A DNA stretch of 63,096 nt, counting the filler, from Aduncisulcus paluster (taxonomy: Eukaryota), in the NCBI GenBank assembly GCA_024181965.1. It is 13 parts of 13 records of this genome, joined end to end, with 100 filler letters (N's around TTAATTAATTAA, not from the genome) between each part and the next. Parts side by side here need not be neighbours in the genome. Positions count along the whole stretch, not along the records: positions 1 to 1,845 come from BQXS01000186.1; positions 1,946 to 3,609 come from BQXS01000187.1; positions 3,710 to 12,126 come from BQXS01000188.1; 10 more parts are not named here. One strand, 5' to 3'. The notes beneath the pieces are model-generated. The model was given only the letters and a program-made list of their open reading frames with translations. It had not been told where the DNA came from and ran no database searches. Position 1 is the stretch's first letter, and every line of letters starts with the position of its first letter. Shown one piece after another: positions 1 through 9,837 of this stretch. Both the position numbers and the translations under genes were made by a program.

Positions 1-33
1 ATGCAAAAAATATTGGGTTTATTTAATTATTAA

Positions 34-123
34 TGGATCGAAAGATATGACTTGGTTCAAGTTGTTGGAAAAGGTTGTTTTGAAAGTTTTTTGGAAGAAG
101 CTCATATTATAGCCATGAGTAGG
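34..123 (+). pseudogene. possible degenerate protein-kinase N-lobe fragment
   Basis: Reads WIERYDLVQVVGKGCFESFLEEAHIIAMSR, with a GxGxF-like loop, and is followed by a GTATGT donor-like site. No downstream kinase motifs were found. Confidence 0.2.
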
Positions 124-385
124 TATGTGATACCTCTAGATATAATATTAATTGAATGAGCTAAAACGACTTTAGTTTGCCGGTCAGAGAGATCCATTGC
201 AATAACATGATATTATCGTATATATTAGATATAATATCTTTATTATGTTGTATAAGTTAAGTTTTGTTTATTTGTTTGATAATATTCTTCCTTGAACATG
301 ATTTATAAGCTCAAAGGAGAAAGGGAAGGATGTTGTGATGTGTATTATTACCATAAATGTACAAATGTGCATTCATGGACGAGAC

Positions 386-441
386 GTTATGGCGTTGTAC
401 TAACAATGCCATGGTTGTGGGTTCAAGTCCCACACCGTCGC
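386..441 (+). pseudogene. tRNA-like fragment (3' ~56 nt; Ile-like body, anticodon AAC)
   Basis: Perfect T-arm GTGGG-TTCAAGT-CCCAC (417-433). Anticodon loop CT-AAC-AA has one stem mismatch, and GTTATGGCG resembles the 3' side of a D-arm. There is no 5' acceptor strand complementary to ACCGTCG. Confidence 0.55.
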
Positions 442-1845
442 TTTATTGTAAAGTTGACAGGCAACAGTTGTCACAGGTTGGTTGACAAGGCTTGTCATAG
501 GAATGGTATAAAAGAAGTAAATTGTGAACCACACCAAATCATTTTTATTGCGATTACCACAGTGGCCAGCTCTTTTCACCGCCATTACCCACTGCAACGA
601 AGATGCCCCGATTGCAGTAGAAAGGCCTTTACCTGGGGGGAAGCAGTGTCCGTTCGCCCAAAAATTTGGGAAATCTGAGGATAAATTCCTCGAGTTCGGC
701 CGAGACAAATTTGTATGTCCCTCTCTTCTCCTTTCCTCTCAGGCAGTCCCACGCTGTCAGAAAGGTGTACTGTGATGCAATATTGCGTGGAAGTGATTTA
801 CCATTACTATAGAGGACGATGAAGCGCGTGATAAGCTCTATATTGTCGAAAACTATTTTAAAGCAATCAAATTTATTGAAAATAAAACAGATGGAGACTC
901 TGATCTAAAAATAGATCATGAGAATCTAACATATATGGTTCGTTGCCTCTATAGTAATTCGTTTCAACTTGCTACGGATGTTATGGATTTTATATATTGT
1001 TTCTCAGGTGGTTCTATTTATAGATCATCATTGTGTACTGACTAGTTACAATTTACTGAATAAACAATGGACACAATGAGTTCTAAAAATAGAACGTGAG
1101 AAAATCTAAAAATAGAATATTATCGCACTAGTTATATCTCGTATATAACATCCTGCCCTGTCTTTGACAAAACCTCCTCCTCGTAGAAGGACTTTATAAT
1201 TCACAATTAATACCACACTGCAATGCTTTAATACGAAATTATTCTTAAAAGTCTGTATTGCTCATGAATTTTCACCTAAAACTTCCGAAAAGTAGATCAA
1301 AATAAATGTCTAAAAATTGCGAATTTTAGTGCAAAAATATGTGTAATTTTTCACCTATAATTTATAATAATTTTATAAAAATATTATCGAATTTTTATGT
1401 AATAATGATGAATTTTCATTCAATAATTTGGTCGAAATTTTCTTCGATAATTTTAAATTTTTGTACTGTGGCCAAACTAACTATAATGCGGTCCAATTTA
1501 TTAATAAACAGATCTCGAGCGAACCAATCTATTTTTAGAATGTCCCTGAGAATGGTCACCACATCCTCCTCTCACTTGAAGAGGGCATCTCATGGCCGAA
1601 ACCCTGTTCTCCTCTTCGTGATCATTCTCTTGGCGTAACAAACAACTATTATTTAAGCAAACAACACTCTCAGACCCGTTCGTGTAGCATATACCGGCTA
1701 CAGTCGGTATTCTGATCAAAATGGGCGCATGACGCATACAGCATCAATGCAAACATGAACACACATACAATCACAATCAAATGGCGTACACATACAACAC
1801 ATAACACGACATATGGCGTACACACAACAACACAGCAACACAACA

Positions 1846-1945
1846 NNNNNNNNNNNNNNNNNNNNNNNNNNNNNNNNNNNNNNNNNNNNTTAATTAATTA
1901 ANNNNNNNNNNNNNNNNNNNNNNNNNNNNNNNNNNNNNNNNNNNN
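1846..1945. other. artificial contig linker (44N-TTAATTAATTAA-44N); also at 3610-3709, 12127-12226, 16242-16341, 27759-27858, 29458-29557, 31066-31165, 32939-33038, 36203-36302, 52616-52715, 54231-54330, 55819-55918
   Basis: The identical 100-nt structure occurs 12 times. TTAATTAATTAA gives stop codons in all six frames, and ORFs are cut abruptly on each side. Confidence 0.98.
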
Positions 1946-2141
1946 TAAAACCGATTTTCGGTAAAACTCAAGAGATCTATTTTTTAGAAAATGAGGGATA
2001 ACAATTTCACTTCAATTCGATCTCAACACACTCCGGCGAACAACTATTGATAGTTTTCTTGCCTATCCTGTTGTGTTGAGCACTTTTAAGATATTTTTGG
2101 TTTTTATACGATTTTTTTATATTTGAATATTAAATTATATT

Positions 2142-3609
2142 ATGCATTCCCACGGTTTCTTCAGTGATTTTCTATATCGCTCACGATTGTGGCCTCTACT
2201 ATTATTATCTCTTTTTATTTCGGCTTTTCAAACTCTACTCCCTACTACTTATATAACGACGACACAACATGGATTAAATGCCATTGCAGTTCCATATTCA
2301 CAAGAAATCATTGAGAGTTGATATCTCAGGATATTCCTGGTTTTCACTTTCAAAATGATCTGTACAAAATTAATGTTACTGATATTTTCTTTGAAGGCGC
2401 ATCTGTTGGAGATTTTGTGGTTGATCTTGATGATATCGCCGGTATTACCGTTGAAACAAACGAATTGTCGTTTGAATTATCCTTCAATTTCACTTTCAAA
2501 ATGTTAGTATACCCATATTCATATGAATCCGCAACAATTCTACTCACTGCAGATCAGACGGCCTTTTTTATGACCGCTACATTCTTCTCTGAAAATAATT
2601 GCGATTTTATTTATATTTCCACAATTAATTTGACCTTTGGCGATTTTAATATGACTTCTAATGATGTTTCTGAACTTTTCAATGATATTTTGAGTGCTGT
2701 CTCCTCAGTTTTGGCCGTTTCCTTAGAAGGAGAGATAAATACAAAACTTGCTGGCATGATTAATGAGATTGTCGACGCCCTATTGGGTTGTTCATATTGC
2801 CTCGTTACAGATACGAAGAATGGAATGTATATCGATAATAGAGTTCCTTATGATCCATTGTTCTTTGATGGCTATTATGCTGAACCAATGTCTCAGATAT
2901 TTTATGATGGCACTCAAGAAGGATTTTATCAGGTAGATCCAGATACATACACGGAATTACCAGCAATCGTTGATTCAAGCGATTTGCAAACGATTATGAA
3001 ACCTGATTTCCTAGCTTCTGCATTCCATGCGTACAACCGCATTGATGGGTTCTTCCACTATGAAATTGAAGCGAGTGATCTCACTGACTTCCCGTTCCCC
3101 TTCACCCTCGCCACTCTCGAGCAAATGTTCTCCTCTTTGCCGCAATGCGTCTCCTCTCTGCCTGATTCCACACCTCTTCGTGCCGTGTTTGACCTTGGGA
3201 GCGATCCCGACGTGTCCATGATGCCGGGTGCACTCAGTGTGACGACGAATGATTTTGTCATATCCTTACAGGTCCAGGATACTCAAGGGACCTGTTCATC
3301 GGCCGGATCTTCCTCCTCTTCCTCTTCCTCTTCCTCTTCCTCGTCCACCGATTCTTGGGTTGAGGTGGTTTCTGCCCCGTTGGAAGTGATCATTGCTGCT
3401 GTGCCTACTCCCACTCTCGACAGCAACACCCAAGCCGTTCTGAGGTGTAATTTTGTTTTCAATATCTATCAAGCCATCCTTCTTGACGACTCGTCCATGC
3501 CTCCTCTCACCAATGTCTCTGCATTTGAACTGTTTAATTCCGTATTACTCGATTATTCTCTCTCCGGTAGTCTCTCTTCTTGGTCTGTTACAAGCTCTAT
3601 TTATATTCG
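2142..3609 (+). CDS. BPI/LBP/CETP (TULIP) family secreted lipid-binding protein; -1 frameshift at ~2318, 3' partial
   Basis: The ATG 2142 frame gives a signal peptide then YITTTQHGLNAIA (cf. BPI-family RITQKGLDY) and ends at TGA 2319-2321. The -1 frame continues with alternating beta-strands, a long amphipathic helix, IDNRVPYDP and a second domain starting LQTIMKPDFLASAFHAY. Confidence 0.7.
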
Positions 3610-3709
3610 NNNNNNNNNNNNNNNNNNNNNNNNNNNNNNNNNNNNNNNNNNNNTTAATTAATTAANNNNNNNNNNNNNNNNNNNNNNNNNNNNNNNNNNN
3701 NNNNNNNNN

Positions 3710-6456
3710 CTTCATCTCACATCTTTCCTTCTCTTTGTGTGTCACCTTTCTCTTTCCTCGCTTCTCTCTCGTCTTCTCTTTGTTCATCTCTCTCCACCTG
3801 TCTTAATGTTACTCGTACTCATTCCATTGCCCTATTTCTCCTCTCAAAATCTGTTTCTGTCGTCGATTCATGTATATTCATTATTATCAACCCTTCATCT
3901 TCTCTTTTCTCTCCTTCTTCCGTGTCAGTTGCCCTTGGTTGTCTCCAGAATATCATGAGAATCGAAGAAGCCATCGATATTGTATGCGAAAGAGCTCTGT
4001 TCGTCCATAAAACGACTTGTAATCCAATTCAACCTCCAGAGGCCAAACCTTTACCGTCTGAGCAAACTGAAAGTCACATACAACACCAACAAGGGAGATT
4101 TAAGAAACCCATGGGTCAACCACAATCATCTTTTCCTATCGATGGTCATAGAGTCCTTCTTGGGGCATGTCTGAAGTGTGTGGCTTCTGGATGTGCTGAG
4201 ATTGCAGGTGCATCCGTGTCTCTCCTTGTTGTGTGGCTTGGAAAGGAAGGTGAAATGAGGGAGAAGAAGAGGGAGAGTGGTAGGATCAAGGCAAAGACAG
4301 ATCGAGCACGCATGAGACAGAAACGACGACATGAGAAGAGGAACAAACGGCATAGCCATATTGTATCTGTCGCAAAGAAGCGATTAGGTGGAGATAGTAC
4401 CTCTTCTTCTTCTTTTTCTCTCTCCATAGGTGAACCTGAACAAGAAGGAGAGATGTACAGTTCAAGTGAAGACACAGAGGAGGGAAGCACCGGATATCTG
4501 AATGATTTAGATGATCGGAGCCATAGCGATTCCTTGGAGGACTCTCTGAAGCATTCAGGTCGTGGACAAAGGAATAAGGTGGAAGGAAAGAAGTCACCCA
4601 TTCCAAAGTCTCTCGTGTCTCTACTGTCAAGTCTAGTGGCTCTTGGAATGTTATGTGATATTGATGAAGAGTTAATCGAAGAAAAGGAGAGAATTATGAC
4701 AGAATTAGAAGCTGAGTGGGCATTTATTGGGAGAAAACAACCTTTTAAGAAATCTCCAGATACAAAGCAACCACCTGAGGAATTATTGAAAGCCAAAGAA
4801 AATAACACCGATCTTAAGGAATCTAGCACTGATATTCCTCATCTAAAAATAGAACAGCCAACTTCTTCGTCATCAGATGTTAGAACCCCCCAATCCATTC
4901 CAGTTCATCCCGATGTTCCTTCAACCTCTCTCTCTCCCTCTGAAGGAACTCTTTCTTCGCCTCTTGATGATGACGATACCATTCAAATCATGATATCGGA
5001 TGTGACTTGTAAGGAACCAGAGGGGGTCGATTCTGGGGTGTATGTGACTGATGTCGGCATTGGTGGAGATCTCTCGGATGTGACCGTAGTTCCAACATTG
5101 GAACAGATCCAAGCAGCTCGTGTATGGGCTCTCCACGGAATGTATTATGATTCATCGGCTTCTCAACAGAAAATGCTGCAAAATGAGACATTAAGTCTTT
5201 CTCAAGTTGAAGATCTTGAGAAAGTTTATGAGAAGAAAGATTATGTTCGAAGAGCAATGCTCCTCGCTGCAGAATCTGATCTTCTTGAGACTTCTCCTTT
5301 CCATATCAAGACTCCACAATCAACCTCTCTCTCTCCCTCTGAAGGAACTCTTTCTTCGCCTCTTGATGATGACGATACCATTCAAATCATGATATCGGAT
5401 GTGACTTGTAAGGAACCAGAGGGGGTCGATTCTGGGGTGTATGTGACTGATGTCGGCATTGGTGGAGATCTCTCGGATGTGACCGTAGTTCCAACATTGG
5501 AACAGATCCAAGCAGCTCGTGTATGGGCTCTCCACGGAATGTATTATGATTCATCGGCTTCTCAACAGAAAATGCTGCAAAATGAGACATTAAGTCTTTC
5601 TCAAGTTGAAGATCTTGAGAAAGTTTATGAGAAGAAAGATTATGTTCGAAGAGCAATGCTCCTCGCTGCAGAATCTGATCTTCTTGAGACTTCTCCTTTC
5701 CATATCAAGACTCCACAATCAACCTCTTCTTCTTTCTCAAGCCGCCACATTACCCATGGAGGCAGGGATCTTTCTGCAATTGATGGGAGACGAGCTCATT
5801 CATCCCTTGAGGTTACTAGGCCTTCCCTTGCCTCTTCCTCTTCTCGTCGAAGTCCAAGAGGACCCTACAGATCTTCAGTTCGCACAAGAGGAGCTGTGGT
5901 TACCGATGGAGTCATTGATGTCCAACGTAAGCATCCTTCTCACCTCATTCACAGATCAGCCACATCCCTTGCTTCACACCATCCTGCCCCTTTCATGGGT
6001 GATAATGTTGCCTCCTCCCCATCCTCAAGAGTATCTTATGATCTTCCGGCAATGTCAGCTCTCTCTCCTCTCTCGTCGTTGCAGAGACATCACTATCAAC
6101 CGCAGAGGAGTGGAGTTATCGATTTAACATCACCCATAACGCCAGCTCCTCCTTCTCGGACACATATAGATGCCGTTTCTGGGCTTTCTCGGTCACCATT
6201 TGCTAATCGTCTACCCGATATCCCTAAAGAACACTCTCATTTGCATGACGATAGGTCAGGATCTGATTATGTTTCGATTCATTCTCAACCTAGGGTTCTG
6301 AAGGGTCATTTGCAGCCACAAATATCAATCCCGAGATCATCAGCCCCCCACTCTCTTCCAAGAGCACTCCATTCTATGTCAAAACCACTCAGAATTCGTT
6401 CAAAAAACATACTTGCAGGGTGTGTTTTATCACAAAGGGACAAATCGAGGAAATAG
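3710..6456 (+). CDS. hypothetical Ser-rich/low-complexity protein, 5' partial, with an internal 133-aa duplication
   Basis: ORF of more than 900 codons running from the contig edge to TAG. No family recognised. Confidence 0.7.
4921..5727 (+). repeat. exact 399-bp tandem duplication (in frame)
   Basis: 4921-5319 matches 5320-5718. The microhomology TCAACCTCT occurs at 4921, 5320 and 5719. Confidence 0.95.
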
Positions 6457-6777
6457 GAATAAGGCGTTAAAATATACGAATTAATTTAATATTTCAATTA
6501 TTTTATTAATATTAACTATTTTACTTTTTAATTTATTGGAAAATTCTCCTCATTTTGGAAGATATTAACAAAAGAGGGAATTTTGGAGTTTTGAAGTATT
6601 TTGAAGATTTCTAAGACATAAAATTCCCTTGAAATAAAACATTTATTCATATTATGAAAAATTTTCATATGAAAATAAAATCCATTAATTTGTATTTTGT
6701 TCAGTCAATTTTTTAACATTCAATTCTTTACGCCTAAATTTATCCAACCAAAAGCTATTTATTTGTTATAATGATAA

Positions 6778-7944
6778 TTACTCTCTACCATCACCAGAAC
6801 CACCAGCAGGAGAACCAGTATCAGCTGAATCATCGGCATCTTCGGCGACGAGTTCATCTTTGTGTTCCAAAATGAAAGAAGCGGCAACATCAGGGTTTCT
6901 TCCAGTTTGAACGAAAATGCTGGCAGCAACACGGAAAGGAACACCAGTGATAGCAGCAACATTCTCGATTTGTTCTTTCTCTTCGCGAGTAATAGTCACA
7001 GATCCTGGAGGGGGAGCTCTTGGGGCTCCACCCATTCCAGCACCCATTCCAGCACCTCCCATGCCTCCCATGGGAGCGCCCATGCCTCCCATTCCTCCAC
7101 CGAGGACTTGTTGGGCAAGAAGACGAAGAACAAGATCAGGGTTCTCTCTGGCAAGAGCAATAAACTGAGCATTTCCAGTAGAGGCAGCCAATTGTTGAAT
7201 AGCTTCGGGGTTACTAGCAAGTCTCTGAAGAGCAGCGAGGGCTTGAAGACTTCCAGCCATACCACCAGCTCCACCAGCTCCAGCGAGACCTCCAAGACCA
7301 CCCATAGAAGCACCACCGTCTGAGCCAGTAGATTCACTGCCTCCCATGGGAGCTTCCATACCACCCATAGGGGCAGCAGGGACCTCGGGAATATGGTCTT
7401 CACACAAGAATTGAGAAGCTAATGAAATATCACCACGAGCAGCTCTAAGGGCTCTACGGTTCTTATCTTTATCAGAGAAACCCATTGAAAGCAAGGTATC
7501 CATACCTGGGGGGTCAGCAACCTCGGGAGTAGATGGAGAATCACGTTGACCAGTCGCGACAGGAGTAGTGGAACCAGTTTCGGGTGTTGTAGCAGGTGGT
7601 TGAGCTTGAGGGGCAGCGGGAGTATCAATTGGTTGAGTTGTTGTCACAGCAGGAGTGGCAGGAATGGTAGTTTCTTTAGGCTCGGGTTCTTTGGGTGCTG
7701 GCTTCTTCACTTTCTTGGCACGACCAAAAACAATAAGTGGAGCAGCCTCTGTTAATCCATGTTCAGTGACAGTTTTTTCATTGGCCAAAATAGCTCCCTT
7801 ATGACATATTTGAACACTAGATTCAACAAAAAGTCCAGGATTCTGTTCTAAGAAAGCTTGCTTCAGACGATCAATAGTCCAGTCACTTTCCACATGATCA
7901 ACCTCGAATTTCCTTTTTTTAATATCCATAAACTTCAACTTCAT
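6778..7944 (-). CDS. RAD23: UV excision repair / ubiquitin receptor RAD23 (UBL-UBA-STI1-UBA)
   Basis: N-terminal UBL (MKLKFMDIKKRKFEVD...HKGAILANEKTV), P/T/A-rich linker, UBA (LLSMGF...RALRAA), STI1/XPC-binding-like region (NPEAIQQL...ENP) and C-terminal UBA (ITREEKEQIE...VAASFIL). Confidence 0.9.
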   Translation of the reverse strand: MKLKFMDIKKRKFEVDHVESDWTIDRLKQAFLEQNPGLFVESSVQICHKGAILANEKTVTEHGLTEAAPLIVFGRAKKVKKPAPKEPEPKETTIPATPAVTTTQPIDTPAAPQAQPPATTPETGSTTPVATGQRDSPSTPEVADPPGMDTLLSMGFSDKDKNRRALRAARGDISLASQFLCEDHIPEVPAAPMGGMEAPMGGSESTGSDGGASMGGLGGLAGAGGAGGMAGSLQALAALQRLASNPEAIQQLAASTGNAQFIALARENPDLVLRLLAQQVLGGGMGGMGAPMGGMGGAGMGAGMGGAPRAPPPGSVTITREEKEQIENVAAITGVPFRVAASIFVQTGRNPDVAASFILEHKDELVAEDADDSADTGSPAGGSGDGRE

Positions 7945-8193
7945 TTTTTTACCTTTTGATGCAGAGATATATAACGATTTGTCAACCCAAAAAAAAAAAA
8001 ACGCCAATTTCCCTATTGAATTCCGAACAACCAAAAAAATCAGAAATCGATTTCTGATTGATTAATAATAATGATTGAATTAATTTATTTCAAAATAAGA
8101 AGTATCAATATTTATTGATTTGTTTGCTTTGATCTGTGTCGACTGATCCAGCAATTTCTCAGAGAAACATTATGATGATTGAATCTCCAAAAT

Positions 8194-8792
8194 TCATTTC
8201 ACTGCGATAGTGGTGGAAGATTCAGATAATCTCCGTTTGAATAAACCTGTTATCGGCATAATTGAGGCATGCAATGAACATTTTACATTTGATCCTGGTT
8301 GGAATCCTTTTCCTATTATTCTATAACGAGCTGCCACTGAGGGGTATTGTGAATGTTGCTGAAGGTAATTTGAAAACCGTTGAGCTTCATCAGCATTCTC
8401 TAAAATAATGTCCCAAACCACGCCTTTCTCTCCATTTTCACCTTCAACAACAAGATACAAATATAATTGTTTAACATTCCAGTTAAAAAGTTGAGGCAAA
8501 CATTCATGTCCTTTTAATGAGAATGAGAAATCAGATTGATTCGCGAATCCTCCTTTCTGGTAAGACATTGTTGATCTACAAAAAATAAGAATGAGAGGGG
8601 AAAACAATTAAATTTCTCAATTAATTATAATATTATAATTTTTACATACTTAATTGGTGAAACTTGATCAATTGATAATGTATATTGTTTATCTACAAGG
8701 TAGGAAGTAAAATGAGATAAAACCATGAGAATGGCAAGTACAGTGAGCAGAAAAGAGAATATTCCAATTAACCTAGCATGCCATGTAATCAT
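8194..8792 (-). CDS. SPCS3: signal peptidase complex subunit SPC22/SPC3; exons 8792-8650 and 8575-8194
   Basis: N-terminal TM helix, signature LFNWNVKQLYLYL and VVWDII. A 74-nt GTATGT...TAG intron (8649-8576) joins the two ORFs in frame. Confidence 0.9.
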
Positions 8793-8924
8793 TTTAGGGG
8801 TTAATAATGTTATATATGATGTACTATCTCCCAAAATAAGGAAAAAAAATCCTAAAATTTGTTAGGGTAATGAATGAAGTCTAATGGAAATAAAATTATG
8901 TTTATTATAGCTTTTATAGAATTA

Positions 8925-9638
8925 TTATTTGGAAAATCTTCGAAAATCTTGTCTACGATCATGTCTGTCGGAAGAATATTGTTGTCGAGAATGGGGCTGA
9001 TGATGTGATGTATCTCTTCTATTTCCACCCCTATACGAGTCATGATGATGGTGATGATCTCGATCAAAATGCCTAGGATTATCTCTTGAGTGCCGTTTAT
9101 GCTGATAGAAACTTTCTCTATCACGATCGGGAATTCTCCTTTTACCACCTTGAATATTCAAACTTCCGGCATCAACAGAACTTGTAAAAGTACGACGAGG
9201 TTTTGGAGCCTCGACTTTTTGCGATTTAACTATTCCATCCTGACTTTCAGCCATCTTCTCCAATTCTTCAGGAATTCGTATCTTTCTGGATGGATATTTT
9301 GCTTGTAATTCTTTAACTTTCATTTCAAATGCTTCTTTTGGAACCCCTTGCATCCCAAAAATAAAATGATCAACCATCACTCCAGTCGACTTTAAAGATC
9401 GGGGTATTCTCTTCAAATCTTCACCATGTACTTCAATCATATGTCTTTTCAATCCTGTTCCTCCGATTAAACACTTTCTACAACGGGGACACTTAAAATG
9501 CTTGATTTTTTGATGAGTTATCAGTACCTTTTCATCAGGAAAGTCTCTATTACAATACCAACAAAAAGGTTGTACATACTTCTTTCTTCTACATCTTTTC
9601 TTTTTATCTGATGGTGGAATTGAAGGATGTTTTTCCAT
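8925..9638 (-). CDS. ZNF207: BuGZ/ZNF207-like C2H2 zinc finger protein
   Basis: PFCWYCNRDFPDEKVLITHQKIKHFKCPRCRK...LKRHMIEVH and IFGMQGVP match the ZNF207 N-terminus. First ATG is at 9638. Confidence 0.88.
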   Translation of the reverse strand: MEKHPSIPPSDKKKRCRRKKYVQPFCWYCNRDFPDEKVLITHQKIKHFKCPRCRKCLIGGTGLKRHMIEVHGEDLKRIPRSLKSTGVMVDHFIFGMQGVPKEAFEMKVKELQAKYPSRKIRIPEELEKMAESQDGIVKSQKVEAPKPRRTFTSSVDAGSLNIQGGKRRIPDRDRESFYQHKRHSRDNPRHFDRDHHHHHDSYRGGNRRDTSHHQPHSRQQYSSDRHDRRQDFRRFSK

Positions 9639-9837
9639 CTCCAACCTTCAGCGAAGAAAAAACGTTTTTGGTTTGATTGGCTTCATGTGAGTATAATGGA
9701 AATTTTAAGGGGTATTTATTATGTCCAATAACTACAATTAGTTTCTTTTTTGGGAAGATTTGTCTGTGTTTCGAATTGTAACAAAAAAAGTAATCAAAAA
9801 CGAAATTTGAAATTTCGTCACCAATAGAGACCATCAA

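Noticed and set aside
292-775. Short ORFs 292-678, 400-708 and 524-775 as genes
   Set aside because: They overlap each other and the tRNA-like fragment, mostly have non-ATG starts and show no family motifs.
1740-1845. CA-rich tract with repeated ATGGCGTACACA as telomere or LTR
   Set aside because: It is irregular, has only two copies of the motif, is truncated by the contig end and has no diagnostic boundaries.
1890-1901. Recurrent TTAATTAATTAA palindrome as a biological repeat or recombination site
   Set aside because: It is always centred in 88 Ns and is an artificial six-frame stop linker.
2319-2321. TGA as selenocysteine or readthrough
   Set aside because: The downstream coding sequence is in a different frame, so readthrough would not join the parts.
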